In this document: piece after piece, positions 56,030-64,000 of the stretch
How the letters are laid out: every line of letters begins with the position of its first letter
How positions within the stretch are numbered: the stretch's first letter is position 1
DNA from: Coprothermobacterota bacterium
GTDB taxonomy: Bacteria; Coprothermobacterota; Coprothermobacteria; Coprothermobacterales; Coprothermobacteraceae
Length of the DNA stretch: 64,000 nucleotides
Direction of reading: 5' to 3'
NCBI GenBank assembly: GCA_036679065.1
Contig: JAZIGN010000003.1
Location: 544,001-608,000, forward strand
Program-made: the position numbers and the translations under genes
The notes under the pieces: model-generated
The model's database searches: none
What the model was told of the DNA's origin: nothing
The model's input: the letters and a program-made list of their open reading frames with translations, nothing else

Positions 56030-56839
56030 ATGTTTAAAAACACTCGGATGCTGGCGGAAGCCGGCATCATGGTCGGTTTAGCATTGGCACTGTGGTACTT
56101 TAATGTGGGCCAGTTGCCACAGGGAGGCTCTATTTCCCTGCAGATGCTTCCACTTCTCGTCTTTGCTCTTAGGTGGGGAGCAGGTCCAGGTATTGTAGTA
56201 GGCATGGCTTACGGCTTTCTTCACAGTTTACAGGACATGTTCGTGCTACATCCACTTCAGTATTTGCTGGATTATCCCATCGCATTCGGTTTGATCGGGC
56301 TTGCTGGTTTGGTCAAGAATTTACGTGTTAATCGCGTTGTTAGTATTCTTTTAGCCATTGCCATTTTAGTGAGTGGAGTGATAATATTCCACTACACCAT
56401 GGTCAGCACCGCAGAAGTCAAAACACAGGTAGCACAATTGGAGCAGCAACTCTTAGTAGCTAGCCCTGATGAGAAGTCAGAACTAGAAGAAGAACTTCAA
56501 GATTTAAAGAGCAAGGCACAGTTTTTTCCCATTGGTGGTTATGTAGTTCTTGCTTCTAGTGTGATTGCATTCCTTGCCGTTCTGTATGGTTCATGGAAAA
56601 GAGCTTATGCCACACCCGTGGAGCTTGGTGCGTTGTTAGGGGGTGCAGGACGATTCCTGAGCCACTTTTTAAGTGGCTACGTGTTCTTTAGCCAGTATGC
56701 TCCGGAAGGAATGAACCCGTGGGTTTATTCCTTAATAGTTAATTTCTTGGTAGTTGCTCCTTCTACGTTACTGGCTTTGGTAGTTATTCTGATTATTTGG
56801 CCACCCCTGGAGAAGGCTGCAAATGTCAACTCTGATTAG
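56030..56839 (+). CDS. thiT: ECF S-component thiamine transporter ThiT (with insertion)
   Basis: PQGGSI, HPLQYLLDY, RFLSHFLSG.VFF..YAP.G.NPWVYS. Confidence 0.92.
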   Translation: MFKNTRMLAEAGIMVGLALALWYFNVGQLPQGGSISLQMLPLLVFALRWGAGPGIVVGMAYGFLHSLQDMFVLHPLQYLLDYPIAFGLIGLAGLVKNLRVNRVVSILLAIAILVSGVIIFHYTMVSTAEVKTQVAQLEQQLLVASPDEKSELEEELQDLKSKAQFFPIGGYVVLASSVIAFLAVLYGSWKRAYATPVELGALLGGAGRFLSHFLSGYVFFSQYAPEGMNPWVYSLIVNFLVVAPSTLLALVVILIIWPPLEKAANVNSD

Positions 56840-57464
56840 CCTTAACGGTCACGTGGAATCGGGGCTGTTTCAGTTTCTGCGGGAAAACTTTACTTTCAAT
56901 TACGTGCTGGGTGTCGACGGTGGCACCCGGCACTTACTAAAAGCCAACATACCGCCCAACATGGTTGTAGGTGATTTAGACTCCATGGGCTCCTTCATCG
57001 GGGAGGTTCTCGACCTGAAACTGCCCATGCTCATTAGTTATCCGGATAAGGATTTTACTGATGGCGAAAGAGCTTTGCAATTAAGCCAAAGTGCACCAGT
57101 GGTTATCATGGGCGTTTGGGGTGAAGAGATCGATCATTTACTGGGAAACTTGGCCTTGCTAAAAATGGCATACGGGTTAAACAAACCTGCCGTAGCTTAT
57201 GGTTTCAAAGAAACAATATTGTTTGGCAGGTATTTTACCCTTCATATACCGCAAGGCACTACAATCTCGGTACTTCCAACTACGGGCACTGTACTAAGCG
57301 AGAAAGGTTTCAAGTGGGACCTTGAAAACGTGTTTTGGTCGAACTACGCCGTTCCACCAATTTCTAACATTGTGACTGAACCCATTCAGCACATCAGTGC
57401 TGATAAAGAGGTTTTCTTACTGGTTAAGGGTTACTGGAATCCTTTTAGCGATCTAACGGTTTGA
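56823..57464 (+). CDS. thiN: Thiamine pyrophosphokinase
   Basis: VDGG, VGDLDS, DKDFTD, DHLLGN, GFKWDL, ISN. Confidence 0.92.
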   Translation: MSTLISLNGHVESGLFQFLRENFTFNYVLGVDGGTRHLLKANIPPNMVVGDLDSMGSFIGEVLDLKLPMLISYPDKDFTDGERALQLSQSAPVVIMGVWGEEIDHLLGNLALLKMAYGLNKPAVAYGFKETILFGRYFTLHIPQGTTISVLPTTGTVLSEKGFKWDLENVFWSNYAVPPISNIVTEPIQHISADKEVFLLVKGYWNPFSDLTV

Positions 57465-59037
57465 CATCTATGCCCATGAATTGCAGGATGCCTTTTGCAA
57501 TTCCCTGAGCAGCCTTTGTTCTGCCTTCTGGAGTCGAAAGAAGAGCATAATCCACGGGGTTAGTGATAAACCCAACTTCTATCATGGCTGACGGATACGT
57601 CTCACCTTTGAGCATAAACAGGGTGGTGTCCTGTTTTACTCCTCTGTCTTTAAGCTCTACCTGTTTTAGGTAAGCATTATGTACGGTGGTGGCAAACCAT
57701 TTTGACTGCCAAGTACGCCAATAGGTTTCCACACCATTAGCAGTGGACGAAGTAAAGGAGTTAGCGTGAATACTCAAAAGGACATTTGGTTTGAAACTCT
57801 CAGCCAGCCTCAAGCGGTCCTCTAAATCGTATGGGTTTGACTTGTCTTTCTCCTTGGTTCTTGTCATTTGGACGGTGAGACCGTTACTTCGGAGAATATC
57901 AGCAACTTTCTGTGAGATGTCCAGCACAACCTCGCTTTCATATATGCCGTTAAGTCCTATGGCACCCATGTTGTACATGCCATTACTTGGGTTGTATCCA
58001 CCATGTCCCGGATCCAAAACCACTACGTATTGTTCTTTTGGAGGCGTCAAGTTAAAGTACTGGTAAATCTGATTGCGTATATTGAGCACAACATTGGCAT
58101 AGTTCATTGATTGAGTACCTTTGCTGTCGGCGGCATCGCTACCGGCAAGGATGCTGTTCATAAGACCTGTGGAACCTAGCAGGTACGACCTTAGTGCCAT
58201 GAAAGGTCTTTGCCAAGTGACCATGCTGTTGGAAAGCATCTTGCATCCCACAGCAACATTACTGTCCACGTCGAACGGATCGCTCTTAACACCCAACGTA
58301 GCTGCGTAGCTGTAGAAGTTCGATTCCAGAATCTGCATCAATCCCACGGCGGAAGACGTACTCACTGCGTTTGGGTTAAAACCGCTTTCCATTTCGATTA
58401 GACCTATAACCAAGAAGGGGTCCAAGTTAAAGTAGTTTGCCCAACGGCTCACGGAGGTGGCAATTTGAACCACTGTGGCTGCAGGTACCTGTCTGTTGAT
58501 TTTGGTGAGTCGGAACTGAATAGCGAGTTGAAGGGTTTGAGGATCGTAAAGGCCAATACCAGGCTCAATGGAAGGTGTAACTACTGGCGGTGTGGGTACC
58601 ACCTCGGTGGGTGTTTCCGTGTTGGTGGGTGTTTCTGGCAAAGTTGGTGTTTCAGGAGACGTTGGAGTGATTATTTCAGTTGTGGTTTGAACATCCACAT
58701 CCACGTTTGGCAGAACAACAGCTATTTGATCTAACGCAGTTACCAGAAATTCTTTTGGTGAAAGGTTTTTTACACTCAATGGAGCAGAGCTTGTCACAGT
58801 CAACCACGGGTTTGCAGTAATTCGAAAAGCTCCAGTCTCCAGAGAACCGCCGCTCCATTTACTGGAAAATGTGACGCTGTTCCCATCTACTTTGTAAGAG
58901 GTGAAACCATTGGTCACTACGTAAAGCTGTGATGTGTTAATGGGGCTCACCAGTAGGACAGTAGACCAGGTTTCTCCTTGCACCGTACCAAGAGATAGCA
59001 GAACAAGTATTAACATCAGCGAGACGATCTTACGCAC
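57445..59037 (-). CDS. Secreted SLT lytic transglycosylase / amidase_3 fusion
   Basis: Signal peptide; T/P linker; ESGFNPNAVS..AVGLMQI; LDPGHGG, SIHAN, IEVGFITN; start 59037 (GTG) or 59052. Confidence 0.92.
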   Translation of the reverse strand: MRKIVSLMLILVLLSLGTVQGETWSTVLLVSPINTSQLYVVTNGFTSYKVDGNSVTFSSKWSGGSLETGAFRITANPWLTVTSSAPLSVKNLSPKEFLVTALDQIAVVLPNVDVDVQTTTEIITPTSPETPTLPETPTNTETPTEVVPTPPVVTPSIEPGIGLYDPQTLQLAIQFRLTKINRQVPAATVVQIATSVSRWANYFNLDPFLVIGLIEMESGFNPNAVSTSSAVGLMQILESNFYSYAATLGVKSDPFDVDSNVAVGCKMLSNSMVTWQRPFMALRSYLLGSTGLMNSILAGSDAADSKGTQSMNYANVVLNIRNQIYQYFNLTPPKEQYVVVLDPGHGGYNPSNGMYNMGAIGLNGIYESEVVLDISQKVADILRSNGLTVQMTRTKEKDKSNPYDLEDRLRLAESFKPNVLLSIHANSFTSSTANGVETYWRTWQSKWFATTVHNAYLKQVELKDRGVKQDTTLFMLKGETYPSAMIEVGFITNPVDYALLSTPEGRTKAAQGIAKGILQFMGIDVKPLDR

Positions 59038-59110
59038 TTTTGAACATCCCATTCACCGGCAAGCGGACTAAGCAGACGTCTGTTTTCTTCATAAGAACAA
59101 TTTTACCTTA

Positions 59111-59140
59111 TTGACAGGCTAAAGAGAGGCATGGTATAGT
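59111..59140 (+). promoter_or_regulatory. sigma70 promoter of feoAB (leaderless)
   Basis: TTGACA-18-TATAGT with TG extension; 6 nt before GTG 59147. Confidence 0.8.
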
Positions 59141-59146
59141 TTTATT

Positions 59147-59389
59147 GTGCAAACATTTAATGCTCATCTGAGTGACTTACCTGAGGGGACTTCAGCAAAA
59201 GTGAGGTCCGTAGTTGGCCCCAGGTGGTTTAGGGAGCGTATGTATGAACTTGGGCTTCTACCGGGCATCACTGTCGAAGTAGTGAAGAGGACTCCTTTAG
59301 GAGGTCCCATTATTGTGGAGTTCCTGACTCAAAGGCTCGCACTCTCTCTTAAGGAGGCTCATTGGATCCATGTCGATGTCTTGTCATGA
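59147..59389 (+). CDS. feoA: Ferrous iron transport protein A
   Basis: RMYELGLLPG, PLGGPI, LALS..EA. Confidence 0.93.
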   Translation: MQTFNAHLSDLPEGTSAKVRSVVGPRWFRERMYELGLLPGITVEVVKRTPLGGPIIVEFLTQRLALSLKEAHWIHVDVLS

Positions 59390-61328
59390 CGCTTCTGGGG
59401 AACACGTCTTGGATACAAATTCTCAGGCAGATCCCGGTATAAAGAGAATAGTACTTGTAGGAAACCCCAACTGCGGTAAGTCCACCTTGTTTAATCTGAT
59501 AACTGGTATGAGCGTTCATGTGGGAAACTGGCCGGGCGTAACCGTGGATGTGAAAATGGCCCAGTGGAAAGTGGACGGCGGAATTAGGGAGGTTGTGGAC
59601 TTACCAGGCAGTTATTCTTTGTTGGGAAAGAACGTTGACGAACAGGTCACCAGTAATTTCCTGTTATCGCAGGAATATGATGTTGTTTTGAACGTAGTGG
59701 ATTCTACGTCCTTAGAGCGTTCTCTCATGCTCACTCTGGAACTCTTGGACTTGCAAAAGCCCATGGTAGTCGCTTTGAACTTCATTGACGAGTTAGAAAA
59801 GTCAGGAGCTACTATTGACGCCGACAAGCTGTCCGAGGAGTTGGGTGTTCCCGTTGTACCGATTTCGGCGCTCAAAGGTATTAACATTGATGCGTTGAAG
59901 GGGGCTTTAAAGAATGCACGTGTACCAAAGCTAATTCCGTTTAATCGTTCTTTGGAGAACCTCATAGCCACATTGCAGAAGAGAGATAATTTAGGGCGTT
60001 TCGAGGCACTAAGCAGTATCGCCAACGAGCAAACTGACATGGACGAGATCATGGGCCATTTGGACGGGATACATCCTCAGGAGCACATTGCCATGGAGCG
60101 TTACCGAAAGGCACATCAGATAGCCATGGACGTCATGAAGAAATTGCCAGAAAAGTGGAAATGGTCAGACATGTTGGATCACGTTCTACTTCATCCCATA
60201 GTTGGCATACCCACTTTTGTTATAATTCTTTACCTTCTCTTCAAAGTCATTTTTGCAGTAGGACAACCTTTGACGGACCTAGTAGCTGAGTCTATTTCTT
60301 GGATATCGGCGGTGGTGACCACCCATCTGCCCAACGGTCTCATGAAAGACTTTATTCAGAATGCTCTGTTTGGTGGGGTAGGGAACGTCATATCTTTTGT
60401 CCCGTTGGTGTTTGTCATGTTCTTCACGGTAGGGTTACTGGAGAATTCTGGTTACATGGCTCGGGCTTCGCTCATCATGGACAGGCCTTTATCACGATTT
60501 GGATTAAGCGGGAAGTCATTTATTTCCCTCATACTTGGGTTTGGTTGCAATGTGCCTGCCGTACTTTCTACCCGTGCCATTGATGACCCAGTGGAACGTA
60601 GAATTGCGTCCATGGTGATCCCCCTGATTCCCTGCAATGCACGTCTTCCTGTGCTTACGGTTCTTGGCTCAGCGTTGTTTGGACCCCGGGCATTGGGGGC
60701 TGTACTGTTTTGTTACGCACTGTCTGTGGCTTTTAGCCTCATACTGGCGTTTGGCTTTAGGAATGTGGCTTTCAAACGCATGCCAACGTTTTTCGCCTTA
60801 GAAATGCCGCCATACAGGATGCCCTCTCTGAAAATGACAACCAAACTGGCTTGGTTCCGGACAAAAGATTTTCTTCACAAGGCTTTCACAGTGGTTTTGC
60901 TGGCAACTGTTATCTTCTGGGCGTTTCTCACTTTTCCTTTGGGTGCAGATGTTTCTCAAAGTTATGTTGCTCGCATAGGTATGTTTTTGAGCCAAACCGT
61001 CTTTAAACCTCTGGGGTTTAACTGGCAGATGTCATCAGCCTTACTCATGGGCCTAGCAGCGAAAGAAGCGGTACTTTCATCACTTGGACAGCTTTACAAA
61101 GCTAGCGGATCTGCACTAGTTTCTACTTTAGCTTCTTCCTTTAGTTCGCCCTCGGGTATTGCTTTCATGGTGTTTTTTGTGCTTTATGTGCCGTGCATAG
61201 CTACCATGGCGGCGTTGAGAAAGGAGGTAGGGTCAAAGTGGACCGCAATACAACTGGTAGTTCAGCTGGTTGTGGCTTATCTGGTCAGTCTTGGAGCTTA
61301 TTACCTGTCTTACTTGTTGTTTGTTTAA
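59370..61328 (+). CDS. feoB: Ferrous iron transport protein B
   Basis: GNPNCGKS, GNWPGVTV, DLPG, GFGCNVP, CNARL, EMPPY, YVPCIAT. Confidence 0.97.
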   Translation: MSMSCHDASGEHVLDTNSQADPGIKRIVLVGNPNCGKSTLFNLITGMSVHVGNWPGVTVDVKMAQWKVDGGIREVVDLPGSYSLLGKNVDEQVTSNFLLSQEYDVVLNVVDSTSLERSLMLTLELLDLQKPMVVALNFIDELEKSGATIDADKLSEELGVPVVPISALKGINIDALKGALKNARVPKLIPFNRSLENLIATLQKRDNLGRFEALSSIANEQTDMDEIMGHLDGIHPQEHIAMERYRKAHQIAMDVMKKLPEKWKWSDMLDHVLLHPIVGIPTFVIILYLLFKVIFAVGQPLTDLVAESISWISAVVTTHLPNGLMKDFIQNALFGGVGNVISFVPLVFVMFFTVGLLENSGYMARASLIMDRPLSRFGLSGKSFISLILGFGCNVPAVLSTRAIDDPVERRIASMVIPLIPCNARLPVLTVLGSALFGPRALGAVLFCYALSVAFSLILAFGFRNVAFKRMPTFFALEMPPYRMPSLKMTTKLAWFRTKDFLHKAFTVVLLATVIFWAFLTFPLGADVSQSYVARIGMFLSQTVFKPLGFNWQMSSALLMGLAAKEAVLSSLGQLYKASGSALVSTLASSFSSPSGIAFMVFFVLYVPCIATMAALRKEVGSKWTAIQLVVQLVVAYLVSLGAYYLSYLLFV

Positions 61329-61330
61329 TA

Positions 61331-61612
61331 GTGAGCGTGGGCTCGCTCTGGTTTTTGGCTGGAAACTGGATTGATTTTGTAATGCAAATTGTCTTTATTT
61401 TACTTTACATAGCCGCTTTGGCAGATTTTGGGAAACCATATTTCGTAGCTGCACACCTCACAGTTTCTTCTTTTCTGGAGACACTCTTTTACCTGACCTT
61501 GGTACTTTCAACTCCTCAGAAGCTTTGGTTTTTGGTCGCTGCCCTCATTATGGCAGCGGTTGATTTCTTTTCCTATCGCATTCTTAGTAATTTCTTGGAT
61601 ACGTCTTCATAG
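61331..61612 (+). CDS. Possible small membrane protein downstream of feoB
   Basis: Hydrophobic ORF (about 3 TM) filling the feoB-ferritin gap; start uncertain, no SD. Confidence 0.4.
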   Translation: MSVGSLWFLAGNWIDFVMQIVFILLYIAALADFGKPYFVAAHLTVSSFLETLFYLTLVLSTPQKLWFLVAALIMAAVDFFSYRILSNFLDTSS

Positions 61613-62092
61613 CAGGGGAGAGAACCCCATGTCATACCAGTGTTCCTTCATTAAATTGTCCAGCTCGTTTCGTATGGTTGCTTCGTGTTCTTCTTCCCAC
61701 TTTGCCAGTTTTAAGTAAATCTGTTTTCCGATGGCATCGTCAGTGTGCTCGGCAGCTTTCTTGTAGAACTCAGCAAAATCATGCTCTAGTAGCATGGCCA
61801 TGCGTAGAGCAGCTATTTCGCCAAAGTTGAACTCTGATTCTTGTGCTTTTACTCTTTCGAAAGGCGTTTCTTCAGGTGGCATTTCGTCAATGAAAGTGTT
61901 TTCATCTTCGAGATGACCTAGCACTTTGGACAGGTACTCAACGTGGCTTTCCTCCATGCGTTTCAGTCCCGTGAACAAGTCTTTCACGGAAGGTGTGGTT
62001 GATTCTCCTGCTTTCTCGTTGTAAAAACGTACGCCCTCTTTTTCCATCTCCAAAGCGTACTGAAGTGCACTAATGGCTTTCTCAAGTTCCAT
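61607..62092 (-). CDS. Ferritin-like/rubrerythrin-family di-iron protein
   Basis: E..G..FY, EESH and EEEH ExxH motifs in two repeats; no rubredoxin domain. Confidence 0.9.
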   Translation of the reverse strand: MELEKAISALQYALEMEKEGVRFYNEKAGESTTPSVKDLFTGLKRMEESHVEYLSKVLGHLEDENTFIDEMPPEETPFERVKAQESEFNFGEIAALRMAMLLEHDFAEFYKKAAEHTDDAIGKQIYLKLAKWEEEHEATIRNELDNLMKEHWYDMGFSPLL

Positions 62093-63374
62093 AAATCCCA
62101 GCCTCCTTTAGCCTGTCGTAGGCATCTCTCATTCCCACAATGACCCATTTCTTAAACTTCTTACTGCACAACTGGAAAACTTCTCTGCTGTTTCCAGTCA
62201 AGAGACCAGCATCTTCGTATCTCTTTAAGGTTTGTTCGGATTGCTTCTCATCTAGTGACTTTATGATGGAAGCTGCTCCTGAGACACCATATTGCTTTAT
62301 AACCTTTATAATTTCGTGGCTTTTATTTTCTGGTTCGTAACCCGTGGCTCCATGAATCACCACAAAGTCATTACCCCAACGTTGGGCAACTGTTTGCAGG
62401 CATGCGTCTATGCTTTCTGGAGTGTGTGCAAAGTCTATAATCATTTCGATGCCGTTTATGAGAACGTGATTCATGCGAACAGGAACAGAAGGAAATTCAC
62501 CCTCCAGCTTTACACCCTTCCACAGAAAAGCTGCTGCTACAGTGCCCACAGCATCGTGAGCAAAAACTTTTCCGGGCATTGGAAGATGCACGCTGGATAC
62601 ACCTTGGGGTGTGTATATCCTTACGTCCTGCTCCCATTCGTATTCTTTTCTGTCTAAGATGTAAAAATCCCCGGTATCGCCGTATCTGAGAAATGGATTG
62701 GGTGGAAGAACATCAGGTGCTGGTACATTCTGGCCCAGTAGTGCTAAAGCGCCTCTCTTTAGATAGGAAAAAGCTTTCTTTTTCGCTGAGTAGTATGCAT
62801 ATGTGGTCTTATGGTAGTCCATGTGTTCTGGTTCAAACGTGGTCCATATTAACCCTTCCAAAGGCAAAGGAAGTCTGTCTTCTGATAAACCAATGGAAGA
62901 GAGTTCAACAACCCAGTGATCTTCACCAGTTTTCCTATAAGTGTTGAATAAAGCATCAGCACCAGTGGTTGTAGTGGGTAAAACAAATTGCACATCTTTT
63001 GCCCTTATGCCCAGTGTTCCCATGTAGCCAGTTCCAAGCAAAGAGGATAGCCACCATGCAATAGTACTCTTACCCTTGGTGCCTGTGACGCCCCAGACGT
63101 GTAAGGGGTACACTCTCGCTCCAGCTTTAATGAATTTCTTATAAAGCTGACGTGCGTCAGGGCGGTGGATAACATTAGATCCAGAGGCTTCTCTCTCTGT
63201 AATAATGAGTTTTGCTCTGTTTTGAAGCTCAGGTATGAGTGTGCGCGCGTCAAAGTGAGCACCTGTAAAAGCAAAGAAAATATCGCCATCCATGAACCAG
63301 CGATTGTCCGAGGAGAATTTAATTAAATCAGGGAGGCTGTGTTCACTGCCTGTAAATGAATGCTCCGCTGCCAT
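62082..63374 (-). CDS. Divergent MurE-like Mur ligase
   Basis: VTGTKGKST, GTLG, ELSS, EHMDYH, DFAHTP; start uncertain (63374 or 63383). Confidence 0.8.
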   Translation of the reverse strand: MAAEHSFTGSEHSLPDLIKFSSDNRWFMDGDIFFAFTGAHFDARTLIPELQNRAKLIITEREASGSNVIHRPDARQLYKKFIKAGARVYPLHVWGVTGTKGKSTIAWWLSSLLGTGYMGTLGIRAKDVQFVLPTTTTGADALFNTYRKTGEDHWVVELSSIGLSEDRLPLPLEGLIWTTFEPEHMDYHKTTYAYYSAKKKAFSYLKRGALALLGQNVPAPDVLPPNPFLRYGDTGDFYILDRKEYEWEQDVRIYTPQGVSSVHLPMPGKVFAHDAVGTVAAAFLWKGVKLEGEFPSVPVRMNHVLINGIEMIIDFAHTPESIDACLQTVAQRWGNDFVVIHGATGYEPENKSHEIIKVIKQYGVSGAASIIKSLDEKQSEQTLKRYEDAGLLTGNSREVFQLCSKKFKKWVIVGMRDAYDRLKEAGIYGT

Positions 63375-64000
63375 AAACACCATTGACCACAGTGCCTTCT
63401 TGGACTGCTACTTGTTTTCCTAAACGACTTCCTTTTATTATGGTGACGTTTCTGCCAATGACTGTTATACCATCTGTGTAAATCTGAGGAGCTACTTCAT
63501 TAGGAACCTCTTCTCCTTCTCCAATAACAACACCGTCTTCGATGTACACTGATTCTCCAGTGATCACTCGGTACAGCTTGGCACCTTTACCAACGTAGCT
63601 TCTTGGACCGATGACGCTTTCTACGACCTCTGCATCGTCATCGATGAAGGTTTGTAGGCCAACAACGGAACGTAAGATGTTGCCCTTTACAATACTGCCT
63701 TCACTTACTAACGCACTTCTGGCACTTCCAGGGCCAAGGAAAATGGGAGAAGGAAGGTCAGCGGGATTTGTGTAAATCTTCCAGCGAGGATCATATGAAT
63801 TGAGCCTGGGGAAGGGAGCTACCAAATCCATGTGCCCTTCCCAGAAAGACTTTATGGTTCCAACGTCCAACCAGTAGCCATCAAATCTATAAGCGTAGGC
63901 AGGCTCCCCTGATGATACAATGCGTGGCCATATGTCACCGCCGAAATCGTGGGTCGATTCTTCTTTGATACTGTCTTCAAGTAGCAGTTCCCTTAGGTAG
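63343..64000 (-). CDS. glgC: Glucose-1-phosphate adenylyltransferase, 5'-truncated by window
   Basis: Frame open to the window end: HDFGGDI, YRFDGYWLDVGT, then a left-handed beta-helix C-terminus. Confidence 0.88.
   Translation of the reverse strand, partial: YLRELLLEDSIKEESTHDFGGDIWPRIVSSGEPAYAYRFDGYWLDVGTIKSFWEGHMDLVAPFPRLNSYDPRWKIYTNPADLPSPIFLGPGSARSALVSEGSIVKGNILRSVVGLQTFIDDDAEVVESVIGPRSYVGKGAKLYRVITGESVYIEDGVVIGEGEEVPNEVAPQIYTDGITVIGRNVTIIKGSRLGKQVAVQEGTVVNGVYGSGAFIYRQ

Noticed and set aside
59108..59123. DtxR/MntR box over the feoA -35 (TTGACAGGCTAAA)
   Set aside because: Only one convincing half-site; too weak without a genome-derived motif.
1..64000. CRISPR arrays, tRNA/rRNA, IS/prophage, selenocysteine read-through
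   Set aside because: By eye I found no spaced repeats, cloverleafs, transposase or integrase ORFs, or TGA-interrupted homologies; a formal scan was not possible.

Overview
A gene-dense, roughly 45% GC housekeeping segment from an anaerobic, probably thermophilic fermentative bacterium. Gene content and Thermotoga/archaea-like enzymes suggest Coprothermobacter or a relative (inference only). It holds about 60 CDSs, including tyrS-porGDAB, remA-gmk-rpoZ-coaBC-lepA-hemW, iorAB, argR with an EF-G paralogue, two csp genes, a pho/pst operon, dnaE-rsmG-uppP, TPP riboswitch-thiT-thiN, feoAB, a murE-like gene and glgC. I saw no tRNA, rRNA, CRISPR array or transposase. Main signals: (1) A candidate sulfur/redox regulon at 32.4-35.9 kb. 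A His-less CsoR/CstR-type repressor precedes an IscS homologue lacking the PLP-binding lysine, an IscU-SufT fusion and a flavodoxin. A convergent disulfide oxidoreductase carries the same C/G-tract operator over its -10 box. (2) Repeated leaderless gene starts (-10 box, 6-7 nt, start codon, no SD), with overlapping bidirectional -10 boxes and a possible leaderless uORF. (3) An ARG-box-controlled argR-EF-G2 operon. (4) A candidate Pho box inside the kinase gene. (5) A ThiT with a large insertion. (6) A possible glycolipid/isoprenoid modification cluster.
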